A DNA stretch of 64,000 nt, taken from Octopus vulgaris (taxonomy: Eukaryota). The stretch is from NCBI GenBank assembly GCA_951406725.2, contig OX597825.1:49104001-49168000 (forward strand). Direction: 5' to 3'. The translations under genes were made by a program, and so were the position numbers. Positions within the stretch are counted from its first letter, which is position 1. Every line of letters begins with the position of its first letter. This document shows positions 10,600-25,180 of the stretch, one piece after another. The notes beneath the pieces were generated by a model that saw nothing but the letters and a program-made list of their open reading frames with translations, did not search any database and was not told where the DNA came from.

Positions 10600-13140
10600 A
10601 CTTGGCCATTCTCTCTCCTTTTCAACTCTCTTCTTCCTTTTTACTCCCATTTTCTGTTTTTCTTTTATTTTCTCCTTTTTCCAGCATCACTAATTATAAA
10701 TTCTTTCTCCTCCGTCTCACCACCGTCTAAAAAAAACCTTTCCACGCTTCCTTTCCGCTGCTTTCAACCTTCTATTAACCTTTCACGACTGATTTTCAAG
10801 AAAACATGCTTCTGTAGTCATGTTTCATTTCTCAGTCGCTGCTTCACCCTCACCTCATCCTAAGATGCTTTCGCCTTCCTTCCCACCCAACTTTCCATTC
10901 TGCCTCATCCATCCTACTCATACCCACTTCATACCGCCTTATGCGTGCTGCAATTCGTTGTAATCTCACACACTCGATCACCTTCTCCCTCTCGCTTATT
11001 CCAGCTTTTTTTCATGTTGCTCGCCATCCATTTCACATTCTACCTTACTCTTCATCCTCCATCTAAACAACATTTTTCACGACTTTCTCGCTCGCACTAA
11101 ATAACATAAACTTTACTCTTTTATCCTGTCACACCCGATGCCAATACACCCCTTCTCCATCGCTCTACTCCTCTTCCCCATCCACTCCTACTTTCTCCTC
11201 TCTCCTACTTCCTCCTCTCTCCTCTCCAAGTCTCCCCTCCCTATCTAACTCCTTCTCTTCCTCCTCCTCCTCCCTCCTACATCAGTTTGTTGCTACCATT
11301 CCTCCTGGTCTCCTCCTCTCCGAAGCGGAGCGCTCTCTTCCCAGTATTGTTCTGCGCTTCATCACCCCCTCATTCCATCCACTGAGTTTCAGACCCGTGC
11401 TGACATTCAAAACATTGTGCACCGCGTCAGACTATACACACTGTTCTACAACACTCCATCTCCATCTAATGAAGAATATTGCTTTACCGTCGACCATCAC
11501 ACTAGACGCCAGCTCCTAGCCAGTTCCAAACAGTTGATTATTTTCCAAGCATTTTCTAACGTGTTGTGGACCGCTCACTCTTTTGCAGGCGTCCCCGACA
11601 TTTCAACATCTTCTCGGCCGAACTCTCGGCTCTTCGATGTCTTCGAAGCCGCAAAGACATCGTCGCCAAACCGGGGGACAAGGGTGGATCTGTAGTGGTG
11701 TGACGCGCGTACTTTTACAAAGCTGGAGCTGTTCGTCAGCTTCAAGACACGGCCTTCTATTGCCAACCCTACGTCTAACTATCAACCGATTGTGTTCTCT
11801 ACTATTAGTGATCTTAATTTCCTCCTCCCGTCTCCCACCCACCGCCTCGAACCTTATTGTCTGTACTCCACGTACTCCCACTATTTACATCCTTCCCAAA
11901 ATCTACGAGCCCAACAACCCTGATTGCCCCATCGTCTCCGCCTACAACTTCCCCACGGAAATGATCTCCAAATATCTCGACCGTGCCCTTGTCCCTTCCC
12001 CTAGTGGCTTTCCTTCTCTCCGACATCGACCACACCAACCATGCTCTATCTCCTTATGACCACTCAACTTCTGTTCACTCTTGATATCAAAAGTTTAAAT
12101 ATGGTGATGCCACTTAAACACTTTCTAGACCTTCGGTCTGAGCCTCAACTTGACCTCCACACTTTTTTGTTTGGTCGAACTTGTCATCTCCCTCAACTGC
12201 TGGTTGTTCGTGGGAGAGTTTTACCAACATGTCTTGGGACTGGCCACAGGAATGGGAATGGGCTCCAACTATGCGAACCTGTTCGTTGGCTACGTTGAGG
12301 CCCAAATAATCTCACAATTCACTGGTACGATTCCCGAGCGATACGATCGTTATATCGATAACTGTATCGGTGCAACCTCACTCTCCGGCAAACAACTGGA
12401 TTCTTTCCTCTCGTTTGTCCCATCCTTCCATCCTACCTTCGAATTCCCCTGCTCTGTCTCTAACTTTTCTATCGAATTTCTTGACATTTCTGTCAGAATC
12501 CATCACTCCACTCTCATTATCTCCATCCACTACACATTGACTCACATTCCTATCTTAACTTCTCCTCATCCCACCCTACCCATACCAAGCTCTTCATTTC
12601 CTACTTCTATGCAGGTTCTGAAGTAAAGACCATGACTTTGAGACTCAGTCTCAATTCCAGGCTCGCAACTTCATCCTACGTGGATACCCCTCACTATTAT
12701 GCACACTGCCCTACTTGGCACGAGCTTTCTCTTTCTCTTCGTACCCGCCCCACCCTTACTCTTTCCCTTTGTGCCCGCCACACTCTTACCCGTCTCCCAA
12801 TTCCCCTCACCTACCACTCCTCCATCTTACCTCTCCAACACACCATTCTCCGAGCCTTCCTGCGACTCTAGTCCAACTCGTCCACCTCACACAGATTCCC
12901 TAACCTATCCCTTCCCTCCTTCAAACGAATCCATAAATTGCCTGACCTCCCAGTCCACAGTTTCTTCCTTACCCCGCCTCCCAGCCTGGATCCTTCTCCT
13001 GTTCCCGCCTACGCTGTCGGACCTGCCTTTATCTCTCCAACACCACCATCCTCACAGGCACCTATCACCATTCCTATCACGTCACTGAATACTTTACCTG
13101 CACCTCCAGTAATATCATTTACTGCATCTCCTGTCCTCTC
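10600..13140 (+). mobile_element. Penelope-like element, degenerate RT ORF truncated at the start of the GIY-YIG domain
   Basis: TPRTPTIYILPKIYEPNNPDCPIVSA; LFTLDIKSL; GLATGMGMGSNYANLFVGYVE...RYIDNCIG...IEFLDISV; ends with FTCTSSNIIYCISCPL at a (CA)n/(TA)n tract. The 5' boundary is approximate. Confidence 0.85.
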
Positions 13141-13199
13141 GCACACACACATATGTCAAACCCACTCGTCCCTATTCACACATGCACATTTACACATTC

Positions 13200-13259
<60 letters not shown>

Positions 13260-13344
13260 GTAGGTCCCGGGTTGAGTCGGGGTTAACCACAGTAAATAAG
13301 GTACTCAATACATAGCAGAGTAAATTAATTTATTTTATAGAAGG

Positions 13345-13395
13345 AGCTTCTACAGGACTAGAACTGTTTCATTCAAAAGAAATCATCAGGAAGCT
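13345..13395 (-). ncRNA. Type I hammerhead ribozyme
   Basis: Exact reverse complement of the motif at 13890-13940. Confidence 0.8.
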
Positions 13396-13889
13396 AGGTG
13401 ACAAGAGTAGTTTTGGCATTTATACATTTAGGCAGGTTTAAAGGGGTGGTGGGGGGGACTTTTGGGGGTAGGCATGGCGCAAACTATCATTCTTAGAGGA
13501 GTGGTCAAAGGAATCGGTGGTAAAGTAGATAAAAGAATAAATAAAAGAATAAAAGAATAAATAGAAAAATAGAGTTTTAGGTAAATAAGGAGACTCTCAC
13601 TTATACATATACATATATATATACACACACATATACATACACACCCATACATATATATATATATATGCACACACATGTACATATACACATACACATTTTT
13701 CTATTTTTCTATTCTATTTATTCTTTTATTCTTTTTTTATTCTTTTATCTACTTTACCACCGATTCCTTTGACCACTCCCCTAAGAATGATAGTTTGCGC
13801 CATGCCTACCCCCAAAAAGTCCACCACCACCACCACCACCCCTTTAAACCTGCCTAAATGTATAAATGCCAAAACTACTCTTGTCACCT

Positions 13890-13940
13890 AGCTTCCTGAT
13901 GATTTCTTTTGAATGAAACAGTTCTAGTCCTGTAGAAGCT
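13890..13940 (+). ncRNA. Type I hammerhead ribozyme
   Basis: agcttc CTGATGA tttc tttt gaat GAAAC ag ttctagtc ctGTA gaagct. Stem I is 6 bp, stem II is 3 bp with a U-U closing mismatch, stem III is ACAG/CTGT; predicted cleavage after A13934. Confidence 0.8.
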
Positions 13941-13984
13941 CCTTCTATAAAATAAATATATATATATACATATATATATATGCA

Positions 13985-14071
<87 letters not shown>

Positions 14072-14151
14072 GTAGGTCCCGGGTTAGTCGGGGTTAACAC
14101 AGTAAAAAGGTACTCAATACATAAGAGTAAATTAATTTATTTTATAGAAGG

Positions 14152-14199
14152 AGCTTCTACAGGACTAGAACTGTTTCACAAAGAAATCATCAGGAAGCT
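14152..14199 (-). ncRNA. Type I hammerhead ribozyme, stem II damaged
   Basis: Third copy of the 13890 motif with small deletions in stem II. Confidence 0.6.
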
Positions 14200-14319
14200 A
14201 GGTGACAGGTAGTTTTGGCATTTATACATTTAGGCAGGTTTAAAGGGTGGGGTGGGGGACTTTGGGGTAGGCATGGAACTATCTCTTAGGGGTGGTCAGG
14301 TCGTGGTAAGTAGATCTTT

Positions 14320-15835
14320 CCATCACCCTCCATTCCTTCCACTATCTCCAACACCTCTGTCTCCTTCCTCGACATTTCGGTTAGCATTCTTACTCATACC
14401 ACCTCCATTCATACAAACACACAGACTCACACTATCCTCAACTTCTTCCTAGCTTTCCATATTCCCAATTCCTCCGTCTACGTAGTATGATGGACTACTT
14501 GGCTACTTCACCCTACGTGGATACCCCCTCACCATATCCACACCGCCCTCAGAGCACGGTCCGTGGACCGTGTATCTCCTCTCTCCCCGAACCCCCTGTA
14601 GTCTCCGCCTCCCTTTTCCCCTCCCCACCCACGACCCTACGTCTCAACCACCATTCTTCGAGCTTTCGTCATCTCGTCCGACCCGTCCATAGACCTCCCT
14701 CTTCAAACGAGCCACAACCTCGAGACCGGTCCATGCTCTTCTGACCCTACCCCCAACCCGCTCGTTCCCTGCTCCGCCCACGTTGCGCCGCCCACCTCTC
14801 CAACACCACCGCCTCCTAGCACCACCATCGACCCTATCCATCACACTCTCCTTATTGCGTCTCTGCTCTCTCTGCAATTCCTTGTACATCGGACAAACGG
14901 ACGCGCTTGGTGACCGGTTCGCGGAACACCTTCGTGACATCCACCTTGCGAACGACACGCCGGTCTCGCATTTCCGCTCCACCGGTCACTCCTTGCAACA
15001 CCTATCTGTGTTCGGTTTGTCCCCAGAGGCCATCCGGATTCGTTTGCGCCGTGAACGGAATTAATCTTCTCTTCGCTCTTATACGCCATTTGGTCTCCCT
15101 CCCCCTCCTCATCTAACCCCCTCCCCCTCCTCACTATCTCCCCTACCCCGACCCTACTTCTTCAGTCCTTCATCCTTTCACCCTACTCCCTTCCTTCTTC
15201 CCTCTTTCTCCTCCTCCTTCCCTTCCTCCTTTGTCCCTCACTCTTCTCTCCCCCCCTTCCTCCCCTCTTCCTCCCCTTCCTTCTCCCCATCCTCTCCTCT
15301 TCCCCCTCTCCTCCCTCTTCTTCCCTCCTCTTCCCCCCTCTTCTCCTCCCTTTCCTCACTACACCACACACACACATCCATCATATATGATGTCTTAATA
15401 CATACACAACTAATACATACTAATACGTACTAATACATACTAATACATACACCAACCCCATACATATCAGACCTATCTACACTAACTCTCTCATACACAC
15501 ACACACACACCACATACATACTAATACATACACCAACCCTATACATACACACGTCAGACTCTCCTACGCACTAATAGGTGGTCATTCAACCCTATTATCA
15601 ACCCTATTATTTCTTATTTCGCTCCGTCCATGTTTGATCTTGACTTCTGGCGAAATCAGATCGCCATGTTGATTCGTTATTACTGCCATTTTTTCTCCTT
15701 CTTTCTGTTTTTTCTCTCTGTTATCTTTCTGTTGAAAGCGTAGGCTGAAACGTTAGACTTGTTTTATTTATATTTCTGAGCGCCATACTAATACAATTGT
15801 TTGTTTGTTTACTGCCTTCGTCTTTTGTCTATTTT
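14320..15835 (+). mobile_element. Penelope-like element 3' part: RT thumb, GIY-YIG endonuclease, 3' UTR
   Basis: ORF 14783..15064 contains CSLCNSLYIGQT..LGDRFAEHLRDI..SHFRSTGHSLQHLSVFGL (PLE GIY-YIG). About 14320-14870 parallels 12420-13140. Confidence 0.8.
15723..15758 (+). ncRNA. Minimal hammerhead-like motif with variant core (CUGUUGA) at the PLE 3' end
   Basis: atcttt CTGTTGA a agc gtag gct GAAAC GTT agac. Stem II is agc/gct and stem III is the palindrome AACGTT. Confidence 0.5.
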
Positions 15836-15849
15836 CATAAAGCTTCTCG

Positions 15850-15905
<56 letters not shown>

Positions 15906-15958
15906 TGAAAAATAGACTTAAGATAGAAAATGCTAAAATAATTTTATAAGAAACATTT

Positions 15959-15994
15959 CAGTACCGGTTTCAGTCATTGAGACTTTATCAACTG
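15959..15994 (-). ncRNA. Minimal hammerhead-like motif with variant core (UUGAUAA)
   Basis: Minus strand: cag TTGATAA agtc tcaat gact GAAAC CG GTA ctg. Stem I is cag/ctg, stem II is agtc/gact, stem III is the palindrome ACCGGT. Confidence 0.55.
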
Positions 15995-16096
15995 TAAGTA
16001 TCGAAAACGATTAAATTTTGGAAAAATTTAAAGAAAAGTTTTCTAAAAGAATATTTGCATAGTATCCAAATACAAGGGACATTTTCCTTGTTTCTG

Positions 16097-16157
<61 letters not shown>

Positions 16158-18144
16158 TGTTTACTCTTTAAGAATAGAAATGAATGCCAATTTCGATGGC
16201 TTTCAGAACAGGCTCTCCCGTCTTTTATAAGCCACGTAATGCAGATAGGTTCTTTGACAATATTTTTACATACTTCAAATTTTCAAGATTGTTTGCTCAA
16301 TATATGATACTTTGCAGGTTATGTATGACTGCACACGGCATCCTCCTCCACCAAATATTCTTTAATAATTCGATGTTGGTTATACAAGAAAGAATTTCCT
16401 GGAAAATATAAGCCTTTATATAACAATGCGCACGCATTCCTTTCTCGTATTTCAGAGAAATCCGAGAATCGAGAACTAATCCATTTTCGTACAAATAAAC
16501 ATGACACATACTAATATAAAAAGCCATCCGAACGGTGGTGTTTTTGCTATTAGATACATATAAATATTTATCTATACCTTCACAGAAGTACAAACCAACT
16601 CCCATACTCTGAAGAAGATGAGCTGTGAACTTTATTCTCTGGTCTGTATTCTTCTATTACACTGTTTTGTTCCTTATTCTTCTATCTACTATTTCATTCT
16701 TTTTCCAGTGTATGGAAATGCTAACCTATCACATGGGATATCCAAGAAACCGTTGAAAGATATCCAATAATTAATTGGTTAATTGACTAACAACTTAGTT
16801 AATCAGTTACTTCAAATTCACCTTATTCTAATTGAATATTCTAAATCACTTGAGATATTCTTCCTGCCTTGGTTTTGCTATCCCCTTTTCTTCTAATATA
16901 CACCTGCTAACTCGGAAGCCTACTACAGATACCTAGTACCTATTCGTTTAGATCACCAGTGTAGTAAACCCCTCATCTTCTTTATAAATACACAAATATA
17001 TATAAGCTGAACATTATATCCATCTTAACGTAGATGCTATGTTAGAACATCGAATGCTGCGTAACTAGTCTCAAGAGGCCCTCTGATTTCGGCGCTGGGT
17101 GAATAAAACTACTCATATAGATCACAGCAGACGGAATTCGCCCATCATGGGTAAAAGAGAACCCATATCACATGATTTCGGTCTGTTGGACATTCACTGG
17201 ATACCATCGATCATCGCATGCTAGTAGTATCTCACTGTTACGATATATAAAATATTAACATATTTTCAGTCACTGATGTCACAAATATACAAAATCTCAT
17301 TAAAAATTAATTAGCAGTCATACACCACATGCGTGCGCGTGCACACCCACCCACGCACTTTTATATAGATAAATTCCAAAATGAAATGTTACTGGCTATT
17401 ACTTTCAATTCTAGGTTTCTATTCGTCAAGTAAATGATAATATACACGCAGTGTCATAATATAGGTAGAATATCTACTCAACAATTTAATAACGAAAATC
17501 ATGTAGACAATAAAAATCTCATTTTATAAAAGACAATCCAATCTTCGTTTGGCTGTCTGTCACAGCATAATTATAGAAAGAGGATATAACCTCTCTCGCA
17601 ACATATATGTAAAACGAAGGAGGAGGACAAAAGGTTGCTGTTGTTGAGAGAAATACAGGGAGAGAAAGGGATAGAAAGAGATAAATAGATAGAAAGAATG
17701 TGTGTGGGTGCGTGTGTGTGTGTATCAAAAATTGATAGGTAGCTAACAAAATTTGTTTAAAAACGCGGGTAATTTAAGTGCTGATAACAGAATACAACCC
17801 AGATTTCAAGAAGACCTTGCCATTCTACTCTTAATTGGCCGAATCATATGAGGTCATGGCATTTCTCCGTCACAATTACATACATATATATATACAGTTA
17901 TTTTGGGGCTTGTGTGCGCGCGCGCGTGTATGTGTGTGTGTTTGTATATGTATGTGCGTGTGTTTCTATAGGTCGTTCAACATATAAACAATGCAACACT
18001 AACATTATAAAAGACTTTCACTTTAATGACAGCTTGTTGTTGAGAGAGAAATAGATTGAGAGAGAGAGAGAGAAAGAGAGCGATAGAGAGTGTGTGTGTT
18101 TTTGTGTGCGGGTGAAAGATAGACAGATAGATAAATAAAGTGTT

Positions 18145-18158
18145 GTCACCATAGTAAC
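18145..18158. promoter_or_regulatory. Candidate RFX X-box motif
   Basis: GTCACC-AT-AGTAAC matches the X-box consensus GTHNYY-AT-RRNAAC in apparently non-repetitive sequence. No linked gene was identified. Confidence 0.25.
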
Positions 18159-19047
18159 TAACGAGACATTCACTATATGGCAGGCTACTTTAACTGGTCG
18201 TACCGTACGAGACATATTATAAATAGTTTCAGTAAAATCTTCCGTATCATTGTTATACACAACTTGTCAGAGCATATTAGGCAAAATATTATTCAATGAA
18301 TATTCTTATTCCGTAGAATATTAAAAAAAAGATTTTAATTAAATGTTATTGTTCAATAGTTGTCAAACTCTTATTAATCTTCACCGAGAAATTCAATCTA
18401 AACATGATTTGAACAACTTATGAAGGTATGTGCAGGATAAACAAATATTTTAACTGAAATCTCTTAAAAACATATATAGGATAGAACTCCCAACGGTCAG
18501 TACAAACATAAATGATTGCACATTCGGTTCAAAGTTGAGTTATGTGGGTGCGAAAGTATTGTTAACAACACTAGAGCTTGTGGTTTGGTTAGTTGAGACG
18601 TGTGGGTTTTATGGGGATGTTATAAATGTGGTCTTCCAGTTAGTTGGTCTCATGGTGGGGTACGATCGTATAATAGAGAAACTTATTTGGCATGCGTTGA
18701 TTTGGTTTGCAGTGTAGTGCAATATACAGTAATAAATGACAATAATGATAAAATAATGTTATAGAATAACGATATAATAAAATAATGAGGAGATTCTAAA
18801 AGGTAATAATAGAATGATAAAATATAAAATGTTAAGCGGGATAAAATATCGGAAAATATAATAAAGTTCCAAAAGAGGGACATAAAATGTAAAATAAAGA
18901 TGATAGTATCAACATTATCAATAACAATAGAGGCAATAAGAATTCGATAAAAATTTTGACTGATGATTTAAACACGGGAATATTATTCTCAGAGAGTATA
19001 TGCACAGTCATGCAAGCACATAAAAATATATTTAAGGATATATTAAC

Positions 19048-19084
<37 letters not shown>

Positions 19085-19116
19085 AGAGTATATATGTATA
19101 TATATATATATATATA

Positions 19117-19173
<57 letters not shown>

Positions 19174-19455
19174 CATATTTATACATACACACATATATAT
19201 ATATATATGTATATATGTATATACATATGTGTGGATATATTGTGTATAAATATGTATTTATATACATGTATACGCAAGCGCATGATCACATTCAATCACA
19301 TAACACATGCTAACACACATACGACACACGAGGAAAAATGTTTATATGTCCATACCAACACGCATGCACAAACACACTAACTACACATACACAATTATGT
19401 GTGTATTTTTGTTTATTACTTTCTCTGTTTCTGTCTGTCTCTGTCCCTCTGTCTC

Positions 19456-20665
<1,210 letters not shown>

Positions 20666-20815
20666 TTATTTATTTATATATATTATACAAAATATTTCAC
20701 GTAAACCCGAAGATTTACCTTTAAAAACATGGAGTTACAACCTTTTTACTTGTGTGAATTTTTTGCAACCCTGGTAACTATTTATATATTTTTCCGTGCT
20801 AATTGTTAACAAGGG

Positions 20816-20879
<64 letters not shown>

Positions 20880-20884
20880 GCATC

Positions 20885-21350
20885 GAGGGTATGAGGGGGA
20901 ATTGATGTCAAGAAGACCCAAAGGTGTCAGGTAATGCTGTGTAAGTATTATGGACAGTTAAGCTGATACGAAGGGGGAGTCCAACATGGGTCATATACTA
21001 GCATGTATATATATGATAATTAATAGAATGAGATTAAAAAATCCAAGGCAGTGAATAGTTTTAAGAACATTTAGAAATATGTCTCACAGCTCTTTCCGGT
21101 ATATTTCATATATCTCTTCATCTGAGACGGCGCAAGAAAATGTTTAAGTAATAATTATTGTAGAGCAGATATGAAATACAGAGGGAAGTGAAGGAATGAA
21201 AATAGAATTGAGATACGTAAGGATATTGTATTTGCAGTTCCATTATTTAAGCAGAATGGTGTATATATAAGTTTCCTGTACCTTGTGTGTGAGTTCCAAT
21301 GGTGTTTATATTTGGTCATTCCAAACATACAGTCTTGTAAAAGGTGCCAT
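20885..21350 (-). mobile_element. PLE-type 3' end with a decayed hammerhead (same family as 27290-27570)
   Basis: 20885-21070 is similar to 27290-27480. Minus 21081-21128 reads gtct CAGATGA agagatatatgaaatataccg GAAAG agct GTG agac, a mutated CTGATGA...GAAACAGCTGTA. Confidence 0.55.
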
Positions 21351-21399
21351 TCGATAGTTATATAGTTATATAACTATCATGGCGATAATAGATATATGC

Positions 21400-21950
21400 G
21401 GCTTCCGAAATTATTTGAGATAAGTGGTGGGATGATTTGGGCAGTAATAGTGGTGATGGTGGTAGGTGAGAGTAGCAATAAGGGTCACGGTAGAAGTGGT
21501 GGTGATTCTGGTGTAAATTTGTAAACGCGGTGACGATGGTAATAATGGCGGTGATGGTGTTAAAAGTCATGATGATTGCGTTAATAGGGTGGGGCACTAT
21601 GGTGATGATGGTGTTGATAGTCATAATGATGGTATTAATGGTGATGATGACGATATAATGGTGTTGGTTGTAATAGTTGTTGTGAAGATAGCGATGATAC
21701 TGATATGCTAGTGATGGTGGCAGTGATGATGGTTGTGATAGAGTTCTTAGTTTCGGCGGTAGCAGTGGTGGTGATGCTTGTTGTAGCGGAGTGATGATAA
21801 TACCGATAGTGTAATTGATGGTGGTGATGGTTTCTGTGATAACAATGATGATGATGATGATGATGGTGATGATTACGACGACGACAGCGGCGATGATGAT
21901 TGCGGTATATGCGGTTACGTTGCTGGGTGTGGTTGTACTGGTTGTAATGC
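21400..21950. repeat. Degenerate (GAT/GGT)n trinucleotide low-complexity region
   Basis: Seen directly; it explains the His/Thr-rich ORFs. Confidence 0.85.
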
Positions 21951-22254
21951 AAATATTGATTTTAATCTAAGGGATCAGGCTATAGATTTTGGAAGAATAG
22001 AGTCAATTCGCTTCTATTAAGTGCCTGATTTGTATATATTTTCTCAACTCCACAAATATGAAATACGAAGCGAATACTAATGTAATAGGAGGTAAATAAA
22101 CACAAGGCATATTACCCTATACTCCATCTCTCTAGTGAAAAATATTGATCACCATTAATCAATAGTCACTATCTTTCAAACCTTTGTTTTATTTAGAGTG
22201 AGAATGCTGAGAATAGTGACCATTTACCCTCAGAGTGGCCCTACAGTTAATATA

Positions 22255-23534
22255 CGAGGGACGTTCAATAAGTAATGCCCCTGACCACTTGCAGTTGTTT
22301 GATCTAGCTGAAATTTTGCATATGGAATTATCAATATCTCTATAGATGAAGTGGCCAATTAGCTCTGAATTAATTGTGGTTTCTGATTGACAGGTGTTTG
22401 AACAGATTCAAGTCTGAAATGGAGCCTGTTGAGTGTCGAGCAGTGATTCGGTTTTTGTATTTGAAAGGACGCACACCACGGGAGACCTTTGATGAAATGA
22501 AAGTAACTTATGGTGATGATGCCTCATCATATGCCCTTGTAAAACGTTGGCATCGAGAATTCAAACATGGTTGAAACTCTGTGGAAACAGCTCCCAGACT
22601 TGGTCGCCCCCCTTCTGCCATTGATTAGGCATCTGTCTGTCAAGTTGAGGCTGCCATTTTGGAAGATCGACGCATAACTATTCGCCAAATAGCCCATGAG
22701 GTCAAGATTAGTACCGGGTCTGTGGAAACTATCATAACCATTTGCATATGCAAAAGGTGTCTGCCAGATGGATTTCCAGGTTGCTCACACCTTTCCAGAA
22801 GCAAGAACGCGTCGTGTGCTCAAGGATGAATTTGGAGATGTGTCAAGAAGATGAGTCAAAAGTTTTCAAAAGACTGATTACACAGAATGAAATCAGGCTC
22901 TATCACTATGATCCAGAGCCCAAAGCCCAGTCAATGCAGTGGAAGTACCGTGACTCACCTCCTGCAAAGAAAGCAAGGGTGCAGCCCTCCACTGGCAAGG
23001 TCATGCTCACAGTCTCCTGGGACCAGGACGGAGTAGTGATGACAGATTTCCTAGCAAAGGGTACCACAATTATAGGAGCCTATTATGCTTCACTTTTGAG
23101 GAAATTAAGAGAAGCTATCAAAATCAAGGGGCAAGATCAGCAAAGGCATCCTCCTCCTGCAGGACAACGCTCCGGTCCACAACTCGCGTTTCGCCAGATC
23201 AGAAGCACAGGCGTGCGGCTATGAACTCCTCCCCCATCCCCCTACTCTCCTGACCTTGCACACTCTGATTTTCACCTCTTCTCAGCCATGAAGTTGTTTT
23301 TGAAAGGAAAGCGTTTCCCAGATGATGCAGCCTTGATTTCTGAAGTCACGTTGTGGTTGGAGGACCAAGCTGGGGTCTTCTACAAATACGGTCTCCAGAG
23401 CTGCAGCAAACAATGGGAGAAATGCGTTACTCTGGGTGGTTCCTATGTAGAGAAAGACTAGTAAATGTGCCAAGTTTCGTTGCTCTACTGCCATGGGAAG
23501 TGGGTCAGATGCACTACTTATTGAACGCCCATCG
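22255..23534 (+). mobile_element. Mariner DNA transposon, full length, inactive transposase
   Basis: TA-flanked TIRs cgagggacgttcaataagtaatgc / gcactacttattgaacgcccatcg. Transposase fragments from ATG 22419: VSARWISRLL, LITQNE..YHYDPE, LLQDNAPVH, HPPYSPDLAHSDFHLF, with stops and frameshifts. Confidence 0.95.
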
Positions 23535-24484
23535 TATCTCGCTCTGTATTGAGTTCGTCATCAATACCTTTATTTTGACCAACAAACCCAACCAAGCTAA
23601 AAAGTGGTATATAAATCAATTTATTATGTTATACAGTAAGATGTTCAGTTGTTTCCATTTTTAATGAAGCCTGCAATACACCAGGATGCCATCTAAGATC
23701 ATACTTGTATCGCATTTGTTTAATGCGATAAAACATTTCTTTATATTTTGTGATTCAAAGAATTATTTAAATTCGAGGAAGAATACTACAGTTAATTTAA
23801 TGACTAAGAACTGTTAACAGTTCATTTCCTTCTTGGTAGGATGAAGATTAGACCACAATTGCAATGAAAACATCTAATCTGCTTCCCAAGTCCTCGTATT
23901 ATATCTTCTTTCTTTTATAGACATCCTTTCTTTTCCAGGCATCTTTTCGTTTCTAGAAAATAAAATAAAAATGTGGTTATGCGATAAACCCTAACGCTTC
24001 AAGGGTCAAAGATTTAATTTCGTCTTCTCTACTTTTAAAATATATTGCTGCTACTGAGTTGGGTTATATACAAGCTTGTTCCTGCATACAACTAGGTGGA
24101 AAGAACCGTTGATAACTGAATGTATTTATGACAAATGCAATATCGACATATGTCGACTTCGATAGAAAGCCCATTTATTACAAGCGTCGTTTTAACACAC
24201 GTTCATAAATAGAAGCCTACAACAGCGAAATCATCTCTTACCAAGAACCATAACATATTTCAATAGTTCCACAATGTCATCGGTTTGAATATACCATATC
24301 ACTTCATATGAAATGGTACTTCATGGCTGTTTTCTTTCTGTTATATTATTTAATAGTTTCATTCGACTACATATAAGTTACCATAGATACAAAGAAGAGG
24401 GAACAGTGTACCTGTACAAAGGTAATTATTGTCAGTATCATTAATAGAATGTAGAAGTTGTAGTAGTCTTGTCTTACTTGATAA

Positions 24485-25180
24485 CACTGGTCAACAACCA
24501 AAATGCTTCTGAGACAGGGTAGCAATTTCGAACTAATTTAAGGTCGCTGATAATTAATATCATAGTTAGAACATGGTTAAAACTGTTAGTTCTACTTTGT
24601 TAGTTTTATGTGCCACAACAGGTTCCAACAGGCTTGCGGCAATGTGTTTTTTACCCCACTCACAGTTCCATTGTCCTTCAATATTGTTCCAGCAGTCATA
24701 AGAGGTGGTTGTGCTGTGAACATTTATATATTGAAGTAAAAGGCAGGTGATTTTCCTAGTCAAGCACTTTTAAAACTTGTAAGAAATATTCATTGAACAA
24801 GCTGTTGATACGCAAATGAAGCCTTCTAAATTAATTTTGTTTTCCTACTGAATGATATAAATATTTCTGCAGGTGCAGGCAAGGCTGTGTGGTACGAAGC
24901 TTGCTTCCCAAACACATGGTTCCGGGTTCAGCCCCACTGCGTGTCACCTTGTGCAAGTGTCTTCTACTATAGCCTCGCGCCTACCAAAGCCTTGTGAGTG
25001 GATTTGGTAGACGGAAACTAAAAAAAGCTAATGCTGCAAGACGCCTTTTAGACTAGATTTTGATGAATCCATGAACAGCTTCCAGTGACTGGCTTCGTAT
25101 CCAATACCAAAACCTTCCATCTGACCATTAATATTGTTGTAGGCCAATAAATCATCTTCCATAATGAAAAACGATTTTAA
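24485..25180 (-). mobile_element. Chapaev3-like (CMC) DNA transposon remnant interrupted by a SINE
   Basis: Terminus taa|CACTGGTCAACAA is identical to the one at 40472. Minus translation of about 25030-25170: YEASHWKLFMDSSKSSLKGVLQH. Superfamily assignment is from recall of the CAC termini, TWA target and WRLFIDSSK motif. Confidence 0.65.
24868..25027 (+). mobile_element. tRNA-derived SINE family A
   Basis: ggctgtgtggtacgaagc (A-box-like), gggttcagcccc (B-box-like), caccttgtgcaagt, gatttggtagacggaaact. Confidence 0.8.

Larger units (their letters stand above)
13260..14310. repeat. Three copies of a hammerhead-bearing non-coding element separated by (TA)n/(CA)n tracts: minus (about 13260-13590), plus (about 13695-13955), minus (about 14072-14310)
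   Basis: Copies 1 and 2 are near-perfect reverse complements; copy 3 is a deletion-riddled direct repeat of copy 1. Confidence 0.9.

Noticed and set aside
16160-17300. Possible coding or PLE remnant, including CTGAAGA at about 16609
   Set aside because: No recognisable domain in any frame and no downstream GAAA/stem arrangement.
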